Of a stretch of DNA of 64,000 nucleotides, positions 1 to 13,976 are shown in pieces; the first letter of the stretch is position 1; each line of letters opens with the position of its first letter. The notes beneath the pieces were generated by a model. It did no database searches and was not told the DNA's origin. It saw only the letters and a list, made by a program, of their open reading frames with translations. Source of the stretch: Owenia fusiformis (lineage: Eukaryota); assembly GCA_903813345.2 (NCBI GenBank), contig CAIIXF020000001.1, forward strand, positions 39,618,001 through 39,682,000, given 5' to 3'. A program made the position numbers and the translations under genes.

Positions 1-3000
1 TGTGACCTCAAAGGAAATATGACTTAGCCAGTTACGTCTTGTAATTACACAGTCATAACATTTTCAAACGCTGGAACTAGGTCTAAATGTATAGCCTGAC
101 CTAGACACAATCCATTTGACACAATGAGCACAATAGAAGAATGATGAATAATCATGGGTCGGTATATATTATTATTTATCTACCTTGGGGGTCACAAATG
201 AGATTTCAAAGATGGTGGGAAGGAAGTTCAAAATATTTGCAGCTAAATCATTGATATTAGACAATTGTGGTTGCGATCGTGTTATTTTTGGCCGCCATTT
301 TGATGATATAAAGTAAGGTGAGTATGCCCTTTTCAAGAGGTAAGTTTGTATCGAGTCCGCTCGAGTCTGCAGTACTTTTTTTCACAAACTTATCAAAATT
401 TTATCAAATTTGAAAATGATGCAGACGATAGGCGTCTCCATTCAACGCATGACCATCATCTTGACTGATGAAAAACAGCAATTTTACTGATTATTACCCT
501 TCATTTGTAAGGAAGTTTTCTAAATATTGAATATGATTTTGACTTTACCAACACATCTAAACACCGGAGTCGAATATTCTCAATGCAATGCATTCACTTT
601 CTGATGGACCTGTCATCAAGTTCCATCATATAAGGCAGATTTCAGAGGTAAGTGTTTAAACAGGAAGTTGGGAACTTCCTTGTTCAGCCATCATGAAAAT
701 TTCAACAACCAATCAGATCACTTGATTGATTCAATATGGCTGACATCCGGTAGGTGAATTATACCATGGGACTTTTGCTAGTGTGTCTCAGGAGTAATTT
801 TGAGGTCGTTTTTTTTGTAATGGTTACAGCCAAGCTCTTCTATATTGTATATTCAGATCGCTATTAAGATACGGGAGAGAAACCTTTCATCTTTCCAATA
901 GTTAGTGCTTCTTTAAAAGATCAGCTAATACTAGCTGGTTCTGTGCCTCAGGGAATCCTGACATTTAGTAAATAAACGGAATAGTAGTTCTGTATTACAA
1001 TTGTTTAATATCGGATGAATATAAGCGGTTCGTCAATTCCACGTTATACACTTATTTTTCCAATATCTATACTTATTGAACTATATCCTGCCGACCAGCA
1101 AGACTACTCCATCGTCCTTAATTACCACCATTAAGTCAGCTATGACATGCAGTATTTTACAAGTCCAAAAGGGAAGAATCAATAAACAGCCTCTTTAGCT
1201 CTCTCTGTCTTTTGTTCTTGCTCATTTCTGCTGATTAACTTTCATTAGACAACAAGGCACTAACCGCAATGTCATTCTTAACACAAGGACGAAGCTCAGT
1301 TTATTTAAGTTGAAACACTTGAAATCATTTTCAAGATCCAAGGTCGTCTTCACCCATGTGCCAATAATATCAACTTTATACAAGAAAACACAATCGATTC
1401 TTATAAATTGAGTAATAGGCTATTATGGTTCCAATTCAGGGGTTATGACTTTTTTTTATTACATTGGAGTTCTTAACGTCAAGATGTTATTTCTGTATTT
1501 CTATCTTATGCTGTAAGATATTTCACTTGATCCATATCTCGAAAGACCACATTTACAGAGTGACACAAAAATACAGCCGTTTAATTTTGGATACATTCTG
1601 TTGATTGACAATGTCCCGCTGTGCATTAAATCACAGATTGGGATATCGGGGGTTTATTATTCTTAGGTCCAGTCGTGCTTTTATACGCTTCATTTTCTTG
1701 CTGACTTTTGTAATACTTTTAACTAATTGTTTTTTCTCCTTTGGTCTTTTGAAGAAATAAAAAGTTGGAAACAAACTAATAGGTATTGGTCCATGGTATG
1801 AAATTCCTAGGACGCCTAATAGCTGGTAAAACAATATAGCACAGCGATATTTGACCTAATAAACGTATACATACCTACACATGTCCAGTATTGTTTTTTC
1901 TAATTATAATCGTTCAACGTTCTTCGGGCTTAGCAGGGGTAAAAATATTAGTAAAATGAAACCCCATTTTTACAATTTGGAGTACACACTGCTACAGAAA
2001 ATTATATGAAATAAATTTAATGTGTATGTTCTAGGTTTCTCAACTATAAATTTGTTTTTTGACCCCTTGTAATGAGAAGCATATTTCGACCCAAAAGCCC
2101 GAAGTTTTTTCAGCAAACAGTATTTTAAAAGAATCAAGACATATATATGGACCTCCTTAAATATTGGTTCAAATGTTGCTGCGCTGTATTGTTCTACGGA
2201 TTCTTCATATTTCGCAGTCATACCATGTACTATATACCTTAAGTCCCATTTTGATATAGCACGAACAAGCGTTGAAATCACTCTCCTACACAGACGGCAG
2301 TCCGAGTTAGCATTTGGGACAAAGTTTGATCACGGCTACCTCGTTTGGTGATTTTCAGGATATAATTATTGTATTTTGAGGAATTTTCATATTACTTTAA
2401 AGAGCATCTTATCTCTAGTTCTACTATTCGTAGAGCAATCTCATTCATCTGTTTTCCCCCTAAATGCCTTCATTTGAGTTTACCTCCTTAACGTGAAGTT
2501 TAAACTCTTTTAAAATAAGAAAAGTCAAGCAAGTGCAAAAGGTATATGTATCGCAAGTAGCAATAACTTGGGAAGAAGATAAAGATAACATGGTCATATT
2601 AGATGCAGTTTTACATATTAGAAGCCAACTCACGCACTATAGCGGTTGATTTGACAACCAATACACCAATAACCGATAATTGCTTCGTACACTGTTAAAG
2701 AGAATGGTTCTTTTATCACCCAATTTGACATCATCTAACTCGCTTGTCTCATATTTGCAAAGGAAGTACCGACAAAAATGAGTAATGAGGTCTGTAATCC
2801 AGAACATTTAACGGTAGTCGTGTATACACACGTTGATGTCATGCAAAACAAATCCAAATCTCGTTCCACTTTTCCCACCTTAAAACAGCATATGAAGAAA
2901 AATATGCTATTAAGTATCCTTATTTCAGTTCGTTGTTAACGTGAACACGTTTTCCAGATCATATGCAGAGAAGCATTACATATCCCACTGAGTGTAGTGA

Positions 3001-5427
3001 TTTACTGGAAGCTTCCTCTGTAGATGATGAAAGCAAGATGCCAACGTTGATTGAAGCTGTTTTACCTGTTGTGTGTTCCGTGTTCCGTGCCCTGAAGCCT
3101 AGAGTAATATTTAGATATAGCTCTCCTTTAAAGAAGATAAAATTTTACTATTAAAGAGTAAATTGCTTTAAAGACAGAATACACCTTTTAGAAATTGACA
3201 ACTCTTTGAACGCCCTGATCATGTTTCTTTTTAAGATGACGATTCATCCTTACTATACAATTATCGGCGTGAGAAATTTTACCAGAAAGTCGATCATTTG
3301 TCGATCTTATATTGTATATATTAAAGTGATGAGATGTGAGTCCATTGATCAGACTATAATGGAAAGAATAATAGATGTTTGTTTACAGTGTTACCCAAGA
3401 CACCTCGTTGTCAAGGTGACCTTTGTGTTTTTTACATCTTGCATGTTACAACTGAATCCGTAGTCATATAATTCCCGGGAAAGTACTTTCATTTTACGAC
3501 ATTGTGTCGTAAAATATTCACTCCGTTCAGTGCATTTTTGGTTTTTATTTTTACTATTTAGATGTATATTGACATTATTTTATGCATAAATATGAGGTGA
3601 AAATATGTACTTCATTCTGAGTTGGCATTAGGCAAATATATCTTGTAATTAAACATTATAAATGACGTTAGTTTTGTTATGTAATAACTAAAACCCCTCT
3701 TTGTCAGTTCATCGCCAGATCCGGATGAACAGCCACTCATAAACAACAATGATGATAGTCTTGAATATATTAAACCTCTTAAATTCCAACAAATGGATGG
3801 CACTTATTGACGTTCAGCTTATAAAGAGGGAATTGACCAACAAAAACAATCAGCCATGAATATCAAGTGGATGAAATGGCTGAAAAGCTTCGGGGATCAT
3901 TAAATAAGTCTAAACAATTAATGTCACTAACCATTTTAACCATTTTGTAAATGATATCCCTCGTTAAAGATATATGGACTAATGAACAATTTTCCATGAT
4001 TGATATATATGATCCCATACGGAGTTATAAAGAACGACCTCTGATGAATGGAGTTTCGGAAAGAGATCTGCCTAACCCAGAACTAATTTGTATCATACCT
4101 AGAACAGCGACGAAGGTCATTCAAAAAGTCTGACTCTTTCTATTTGATATCGAGAGATGTTCATACTGACCCTTTACTTCTGATTTATCCGAAGTCTACA
4201 TCCTTGCATGTGAAAGACCCTGATTTATCTAATCGTGTCATGGCACCCCTGTCTGCAATATGAATTGTGTATAAGATGTTCAAAGGGGAAATTATAATTG
4301 CATGAGGAAAATGCTTTCATTGCTTAATGGCACTTCTATATTTCCACAGGAGTGGCACCATTTTTATCTTATGAGTATCTATGGGCTGATAATGAGTGCG
4401 GATGTTCGTCTTGCATTTCGGGTTTGCTCTTTTTGCAATAAATGTGAACCTCATTTTCTTAAAGTATTCAACAAATAATGTTTTGTTTATGTCTCTTTAT
4501 TTCCTCCCTACTAAGATCGCAAAATATAAGTAACGTGTCTGACTTGGTAAGAACGCCGTGCCAAAGTGTGATATCTTTTACATAATACAAGCCAATCAGT
4601 GTCTCTGCAACAGACATCGAGACAAACAAGGTGTGAGAAATTTTAATGACGTGACGCCATGCTTACATTCTCTTCTTAGAAGGCTGTCATCTCTTACAAT
4701 ATATTGTACGTCATCCGGCTTTAAAAATCTAAAGGTTTACTAACTTTTTTCACAAGGAGATGGCATCACCAAGCTTGATCAAAGGAAACCTCTGATCATA
4801 TTATACACTATACAGATGAAGTTATTGTTTTCCGAAACGATATATCAAAAGTGCACGTCTAGATGTCGTATAAGATGTACCATAAGCATTCGTTCGACTT
4901 CACTTCTTAAATAACCAGACTCCGCGTGCAGCGTATAGAAATAGGCGTGTTAATCATAATTATGGTACCTATGCCGAGCGAGGCCTATTATTAAGTTGTC
5001 GAGCTCCAACTATTGCGTGGATCGGAAACATTGGCGTGGCCATTAATACCGAAAGTACGCAAATGAATGGAAGTGGTCCATGAGGAGTTAAATCAACAAT
5101 CGATAGCGTTAGTTATTCCATCAATTAACCTGTGCATTGTTACTGGATGAATGTGTTATTCGATGACTTGTAAGTTATTATTGGATTAAGTTGATTGTGC
5201 ATGATTTACATGCATTATTCATTTGTATCTAAAGCAACTTTTAGTTCTAAATACGTCCTATCCGCCCTAAAAATGCTACCTCCTTTAGAAATTGTCTTCA
5301 GGACACGAACCCTTTAAAAAAGAGTAATAATCTCCTGCGAACCTAAATGAACATCTAGAAATTGCTTTGTCAAGCCCTCCAGAACTATCTTATATTGTTT
5401 TGAGCTTGTTTGCACGGAAAAATAACT

Positions 5428-7700
5428 AACCCCCTTATCACACCCAAACTTGTTCTCAACCGTTCTTTCCAGTCCTACAAAAAGTCGTAAAACGGACTAA
5501 ATCTGGCTTTGGTCGGGAAAAATGTCTTGGGATAAATAGGTACTTCATTCAGCTAAAACGTTGTCCCCAGATTTATAGGTATGCGCGAACGCTCGATTTC
5601 TATGTCTTTCTCAAGGAAATGTTGTAATTTTCAATAAGTTTGTTTTTGTCAATGTGCGCCGGTTTTGAAAATATCATCTGTCCTAATACAAGAAAAGATA
5701 TTTCACATTTTGTGATTTTATAACAAAGGGTCTATGGGGAATCTCCCGACACAGAAGTCACATTTTCAAAGAAAATAAATTTTTCAAAGTTGACAAACAC
5801 TTTTCAAAACAAAAGTAGATGTAATTGTACATGTAAATTTCAAATATGATATCAATTTGACTGAATTTTTAATTTCTAATTACGTAAATCAAAATTATTT
5901 CTACTCGCATCTAGTATTGATGTCCGATTGCACAACGTTGTTAACTCAAGTACGGCAATCGTTCCTAGTCTAGAAGTCATCTCGTTTGAAGTACGTTGTC
6001 AGACGATCTCATTACAGAACGGTATGGTCGTTTTCCATCTTCCCGTCCGAGCAAGTCTTTGAAGTTCATAAATACTTCATAAAGTTGCCACTGCGCTCTT
6101 CAAAACTGGTTTTAAACTGTGGGCGAACGGAATGAACGTAGCTGCAAATTTCTAAGGTCTATTCACGAACTTCATAAACGTTCTCAGACGGGAAGGTGAT
6201 TTAAGAATTTTGAAATGATTCAAAATTCGATGGCGACCATACCGTTCTGTAGTCAGATCGTGTGACAACGTACTTCAAACGAGAAAAACGAAAACGTATA
6301 CTGCATTATTTTTCAGACCAATACATATAGATTACATGCACAACTTAATGGGTACATGTACAATAAATTGTATTGTATGCACTGCATATTCACTGGTCAG
6401 TATCAAGATGCGGTAACGGACGTTACCTTCTCATCTAAGATGGCGGACGGAAAGTGTCGATTTCGATATTTTTGGTTTTCGTCGAATTAAACTACTTTAT
6501 AATTGACGTAACCCCCCTATCACTGCAAACTCGTTCTTACCCGTTCTTGCCAGTCCTACGAAAACGTCGTAAAACGGGCTCAATCTGGCTGTGGTCGGGA
6601 AATATGTCTGAAATAATTAGCTTCTTCGTTCTTAAACAGTCTTCATACGTCCATCTCGTTCGCAGTTCGTTCAGGTCGCACCACGTCGGTGTGCAACGCC
6701 GTAGAACGCGTCCCTTAGTCTAGAAGGTCATCATGACCTGATAACAGAACGGTATGGTCGCAATCGAACTTTGAATCGATTCAAAATTCTAAAATCACAT
6801 TCCCGTCTGAGAACGTTCATAAAGTTCGTAAATAGACCTTAGAAAGTTGCAGCTACGTTCATTCCGTTCGCACACAGTTTAGAACCAGTTTTGAAGAACG
6901 CAGTGGCAACTTGTTTGGTGTGATAGCTATATTTTTGCTAACTCGTTCATAAGTGTTAAATACGTTCTTAATCAGTTTAAACCCGTTTGCAATGGGTTCT
7001 ACCTCGTTCTCAACACGTCCTCAGACAGTTCAACTCGTTGTTAAAACGTCCCTAGTAGGATTGAAGTACGACGGTTCCGTTCGTAGTATGTCCAGCTCGT
7101 CGTTAGTACGTTGTCACTCGTTCTAATTGTAGAACGTGACGACTTCGAGAACATTTTGAGCATTGTCTAAGTTCTAGAGGACCTACCCGTTCGAGTACGT
7201 TCGATGAAGTTTGTAAATAGATCCCAAACGGTTCTTAGTACGTCCAGTCCGTTCGTACACAGTTGAAGCCCGTTTTCGAGAACGTAGTGAGAACTAGTTT
7301 GGTGTGATAGTAGGGTAATGCTACAAAGATATTTGAACTTGATCAGCATTACATGTTATGGAAACTTTGGAGTATGACAATTTGTTCGTACGTACGTTGA
7401 GTACGTTCATGAAGTTTGTTAATATACCCCAAACAGTTCTAAGTATACAGTCCAATCCGTTCGTATACATACCCATCCGTTCGTATACAGTGTTGTGGCT
7501 CGTTTTTGGAAACGTAGTAAGAACTAGTTTGGTGTGATAGTATAGGGTAACATACGAACACATGGTGATCATTCTCGAATTCGAGCACGTCCACGAAGTT
7601 CGTAAAATCACTGTAAAAAGACTGCAAAAGTCCCGACTGATTGCTATTGATAAATAATGCACACATGCCTAACTGGACAAAGTCAGGAGAACAAAGTTGT
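5428..7700. mobile_element. Cluster of nested CG-rich non-autonomous DNA transposon copies (PIF/Harbinger-like ends)
   Basis: Direct copies of the terminus taaccccc(c/t)tatcac..aaact.gttct at 5428 and 6509; opposite ends agtttggtgtgatag..gggtaa at ~7296 and ~7526; inverted pair 6082-6256 / 6738-6912. Confidence 0.6.
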
Positions 7701-10700
7701 CGTCCTACTGTAGTTCCGTTAATATAAATACGATATCACTCGTAATGGATGTTAAGAGTACTTTAAAGTAAAGAGTATCCATCCATGGTGTGAATAAAGA
7801 TGAACGTATTTTCACTCCTTTTCAAAACCGCATTACAACATGTTGCTGTGTATATAACTGATCTTTATTGACATACTTGAAATGGATACCCATCTTTCAT
7901 TTCATGGGAAGAAGACAAAAATAGATAAAGTATTGACGGAGTGATAGGGGTTACGATGACCCCTAATTTCAGCAATTTTCAGAACGTTTCGTCCAGTGTA
8001 TTTAATGTTTGGGATCGTTGATTCAATTCCAACAACATTGCTTTGTCTTATAATATATAGCATTCGAAAGTGTATTTACTGCATTTAGGTAGTGAAAATG
8101 GAATATAATCGATGATATTCCTCAGAAAGTCATTTTCTAAGCCCTCGATATTTATATCTAAAACAGACAAGGGGGTTATGAGTTCAAACCAATCTTTCAC
8201 AAGGCAATTTCAATTATGCTCACTAATTGGAACCAGATGAACGCCTGCAACAATTTGCCAAAAAGACACATAATGTCAATTATGCTTCTTTTACCGTAAC
8301 ATTCCATTTTTGTCTGAAAATAATTTCTGAATCTACAAAGCCCTTACTCTGCCCCAAAGGTCACTCTGGCAGACTCTGTAAGATCCTTATCTTGTGTACT
8401 ATTATTTGAAGCATGTATGACTAGTATCTGTGAAAAGCTGTTGACTTGAATATTGACTCGAATAATGTCCTGAAAAGTATTTTCAGACCTTTCTGCTTTG
8501 AAGAGTATGGAGTTTTTGGCCCACCCTGTACAAAGGTAAGCATTGGTATGATAAATGAACAACGCCAAAAATAATTGATTAATGCAAAAAAAACACAACT
8601 AAAACAATTTGAGGGATGCAGAATACAAATTACTACAGTAAACATTCTAAACACAATACAGCAATTATATGAATTGATGCAGCACTGCGTGCGAACGCTT
8701 GGGCCTCCAGGCTCCAATGTTTTAAGTCTGTGAGTCTAACATGCCGAAACCCAATGTAGAATAGGCGACCATCAATGGTGAGGGTTTCATGCTGGATGAA
8801 AACTATTCAATTATGGGCGCCCATATATGAATCGTTGTTACCCTTTGCATTCGTTTGACTTCACTTCTTAAAAAGAGCTTCGTCTGTAGTTTAACTAGAC
8901 TGTGCACGCAGGGTAAATCGTTGTGTGAGTCCTTATGATCCCTCAACAATATATTTATCCCCCATCAAGAAAATTCCGATTGCATGAGATGCTACACGTT
9001 CTGATGTTCATACATCATATACAAATAGGATGTGTTATTAGGGAACATATTGGGAATTATCGATTGTATGTAGAACAAAACTTGTGACATATAATATGTG
9101 GATACACTCTGCCATTCCAGTTCCCAAAAAGCATTAATGTGCAAGTGATTGAATACGTGATGGAATATTCAGATTCATTTTGGCATTTAATAATATTTGT
9201 TCACCCTTCCGTGGTTAACCGAGATGAATGATTTATTCAGATTGATCCCTACACCACTACCATATATTAAGAATCAACATTTGTGCAAGAAACGCAAATC
9301 AATGTTGTATTATAGCAAGTAGACTAATGTTTGATATCAATACGTAAAACAAATAAATAAATTTATTCAGACAATATCAGAGACCAAATGTCATGCAATA
9401 TGTCTGGTAAATATCAAATATCATTTAGATGGAGTGATCTATCGAAAATTTTGGTATGCATAAGCATATTATGTTACCCCTACCCCTAATTTTGAACTGA
9501 GAAGAGACCTCTAAATCTGAAAAATATCAAATTGGTTTTAATCAAACTTTCATTATATAACTGATTTTTCACAAGTTTTTATCGGATTGAAAACTTTTTA
9601 AAATGATGTATTACCTTTAAACGTGACTAACAATTTAACTTCATGTCTCAGAAGATCCCTTTCTTGAGCACATTGCTGGGGACAGGATTTCTCGGATTTA
9701 TGACGTCAATTTATGGTAAAAAAAGTCACTCACGATTTTGGGAGTTGTTCTATTCAATCCTTTCTAACTTTTTACCATAACTACGAATTATTTTGAAATG
9801 TTCTCCATTTGGTCAAAGTATACATATATTATACCTCTGAATGCTTGGTATGGTAATAATGAAAAATAAAGAAAATATGACTGGACAATGCACCTTTTTT
9901 TCTTTACTGTATATAATTGTTTATGTGCGGTGTTATTAAAGTGCTCCACAATACATTCCATACACGCTACCAACCAAGAGAGCCATCGAAACACACAGCA
10001 TGCCGACTATGCCATGTACTGAATTTAGACGACTAACAAATGAATGTTAAAGATCATCGTTCAGTTTTGCTGTTTGTTCATATACAGAAACATAGTACTA
10101 TAGAATAAGAAACAGTAAACTATTTTTACAGGCATCTTAACCTTTATCCAGAAGTATACCATCAGCTGTATATCAGCTTTGAAGGTGGGTCATTGTATCT
10201 TATAAGGCTCCATCGGAATAGTTTGCCCATATCAAAGCAAACATTCTAGGACCAACATATACAGTATAAGAATGTTAGAACTGTGACGAAATATATCAAT
10301 TACTCCAAGCCTAAAATGATTTTGCTATTCAAGGCTACTGTAGGTCCTTCGAGACTCTGATGGTCGGTCCCTCACACCAACCTGCTAACAGACCTACTAA
10401 ATGTAATTGCTGTAAATAAAACTGATACCTATGATGATATATAAGTATTACTTACCGGCAGAATTCAGTGAAATAAAAACTCCATAAGTCACACCCAGTG
10501 CGAAAAGTCCATTCTTGCCAAAACTCACAGGGAAATACTCCAAGGCTGGACCAGCATGTCCTCGCATACTAATACAAAGTGTCTAATAACTTCTCTTGTA
10601 TGTTTTATATCTATTTCCTACTGAGGCATGTGTGTTCTCTCAGACAAGTACCTAATAGTCTCTATTTTGGATTCATGTATAGGCATATTAACGCCATAAT

Positions 10701-13700
10701 AGAAATCAATGAAATTATAAGTGATGCTTAAACAGTTCCACCATTTGGCTGATTTCAAGAGATCATCGAAAATACATATGCAGACGCATCGATAACTCGC
10801 GGCTAAAATGAATAATTTTTTCCACAAATATTTGTCAATATTGAAACGTAAATTGACTGAATGTGAAGAATAACTTGATCAAGGATCTTAAAGTAACTCA
10901 TCTATTTTTGGATATCTTTTTTAGATTTCTACCACAGAATTCTTGCTGGCAACTTATCCATTGTTTCTCCCCTAAAACTCATTCGCTACTATTTCACGTT
11001 CTGTATATATATAACTAAACTACACAGGCCTGGTAGGTTTAGCGATATCATCTAATAAGTAGTTTGTTTCGTTTCCTATGACAATGAATGCATCATGTTT
11101 ATCTAGAGTCGAGTTCTGAATCAATAACAAACAGGTTTTATTATATGCATTCTCAAATCAGTGACGAATTAAAAAACTTACAGATTGTAAATTTTATTTG
11201 AGACGAATATGCTGTGCTGTTGATATGGAAGTATAACCAAACAGGATAGAATATGCCAGTGGCAAGTTGCATAAAATGAAAGATTTCAAGCATTGTAGTT
11301 CATCATAAAAATCAATCACAATGCATACCTTTCATCTATTATTTATAGCTTAAAGTACAATAAATTATCCGAGCGATCGCGATATACAGAGATAATACGG
11401 ACAAGTTATTGGTATTGCTAATGGCAGTCTCTCTCCAGAATGAAAAAAACCAAAGGTAGGTTATTGAGAACTGATTGTCTTCATTAGCACGTGTCATTAG
11501 AGAGTGCAAAAATGGATTATATCCAACATATACTCACCCTATGGAGCTCCTCCACACCCAATATTTAGAGGGGGCTCTATCTGAAAAACATTTCCGAATT
11601 TTTATAAAATCACACAGATACTGCCTGGCTTCCAAGATGCAAAAATAATTTGTATAGATAGTGTACCTTGAACACCATTTTTTATGAATGCTGGGGACTC
11701 AGTATTAAAAGGATAATTTCAAAATATATAGGTCTGGGAAAGATTTAAGGCACACTGCGTCGCTATAGAATGAATTGTGCTACTATTTTCACAATTGTAT
11801 TGATATTTGGTGTCAAATACACATATCTTGGTATATTTGAAGTCCCAAAACGGCTTAATTTCAGAAATATCCCAAATTTAAATTCAAAAATGACCGTTAG
11901 CTACGCACCCTCCGCTCATTTGCTCCGCACCCAATATTTCCCACAGGCTCTGTCTGCATAGGGTGATACTACAACATACATAGAGGGTATGAACGACATG
12001 TCTTTTGTCCAGTCTGGCTTATGCATTGAAAGATGAGAAGCAAACAGGAATAAAGAATATTTACCAAAGTATGGGCATGCATGGTTATTTGTCAAAATAT
12101 TACTAAGGTCAACTGGTGTCCTAAAAATAGTATCAAAATTAAACGGGACTTATTCTTTTTTCCTTCAATGAAAAAGCTGAACCCTGCACTTGATTTAGCT
12201 AGAAAACTTTGTATATTACCAACTGAGAAATAATTTCAAGATAATAGTACAATAACGTCATTTCAAAGGGCAATATAGTGAAATATTGGACCATATTGGT
12301 TATTTTGCCCGCAGAAATGATGTTATTACTATTATTACCACCGTTAATGCCCAGGGCTGAAATAGCAAATTTGAAATAGAAAATCTTACGCACTGAACGA
12401 TATCACTTTTCCCGGGAAACATAGCCGGGCGGATAATGCCATTATTGCCCGACTAAAGTCATTAACGCCCGACACAATATTGCTCACGTCAATATAGCAA
12501 TTTAAATGCCTTCTCAACTAGTACTAAAACCCCTAGAACAGGCCCTGCAAGGTGGTAATAATATTCCTTCGATCATCACTGACAGAGTAGTTCCATGTTC
12601 GTCTTGGTATATTTTATTTTGGGACACACTGTATATTTTTGATCACTGTTAATTATCAGGTATCCCATAGATTAAAATGTTTCTCATTTGATGGCTCCTA
12701 CCAATGTCAGTTATTCTACCTAACAAAATGAATTGAAAATGTTGAATATAAAGGTACTTTATAGCTACAGAATACAAGACTTTCAGTATTGTGTCATAGA
12801 CCCCCTAATGTTGCCCCACTGAGATTATTTGTGGTATTTCTATTGATTTTTGCACATTGTATATTTTTCGATACATATCACGAAATATGTGATGGGTGAT
12901 TTATGTACATGTACGTTAGATGCTGATCTTGTACCAACAATGTGAAACCTGATAGGCGCAAATTAGTAAAATAAAACTTCTTACTGAATTCTACACCCCG
13001 AAGCCCTGCTATGTTGTAAAGGAACATTACTGAAACCAGATGGGGAGATAGGAAACTATTCTACATCCATACATTTGTTATATTACTTATCTCTGTTTTG
13101 AGAGAGAGCATGCAACTATCAGAAGATTTATATTTCCGAATAATAGATGTCATTCTTGTTTTTTCTCGAGAGAACACATTCTGATACACATCGCATCTAA
13201 AACCCTGTCTGTGTTTATAGTTGATCTTTGATGTAAGAAAAGAGGGGCATGATATTCCATGATGTAGAGAACACGACTGAGAAAAATAACTGATGGATTC
13301 TCATTCGGGCGTGTCCTTCAAGTTTTATGTATCCTTTTAGATTGGTTCATAAACAGCGACATTTATTTCGTTCAGACTAGCTGGGACAGGACACGATGCA
13401 GGATGCAGGATGCACGATGCAGTAATCAGTATATTGACTACCAAAGACCATCAAACATATACTTTATTTTCATTTCAGCTGGGTAACTGATAACATTATT
13501 AGGGGGAAGAAATCAACTATCCAGAACTGACACCAATGATATTAATGCTGAGACGACGCAGAGGGAGTTGAAAGAGACAATGAACGCACAAAAAACATAA
13601 TTGCGAGAATAGCTACTAAGGATATATTATAGAACAATCTCATCTGTGTTCTCACAAAAGAAAATTATAGTGCTTATATTTTTTGATTAATTTGCCATAT

Positions 13701-13976
13701 GATAAGGCAGCATTTGAAATACGGTATATGATATTTTATTCAGGCCTATTTGTATTTGTTTTGCAATGCTTGTCATAAAAAAGTCATATATCACATTTGC
13801 CACAAAGATAAAATTGGTTTTAAAATAGAGCATTGTAACTACATTTCAAGAACCAAAGCGATGTAAAACTAATGCTATCAAATGTTTATATTCAGCCGCT
13901 ATAATTGGGGGCCACGATTATTTGTTGTTGCTCAATACTGATTTCAAGATTTGGGACACTTAGCAAATCACTTACA

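Noticed and set aside
1..13900. Short ORFs and isolated splice-like signals (e.g. gtgagt at 318, gtaagt at 340 and 648)
   Set aside because: No phase-consistent exon chain or recognisable protein motif could be assembled.
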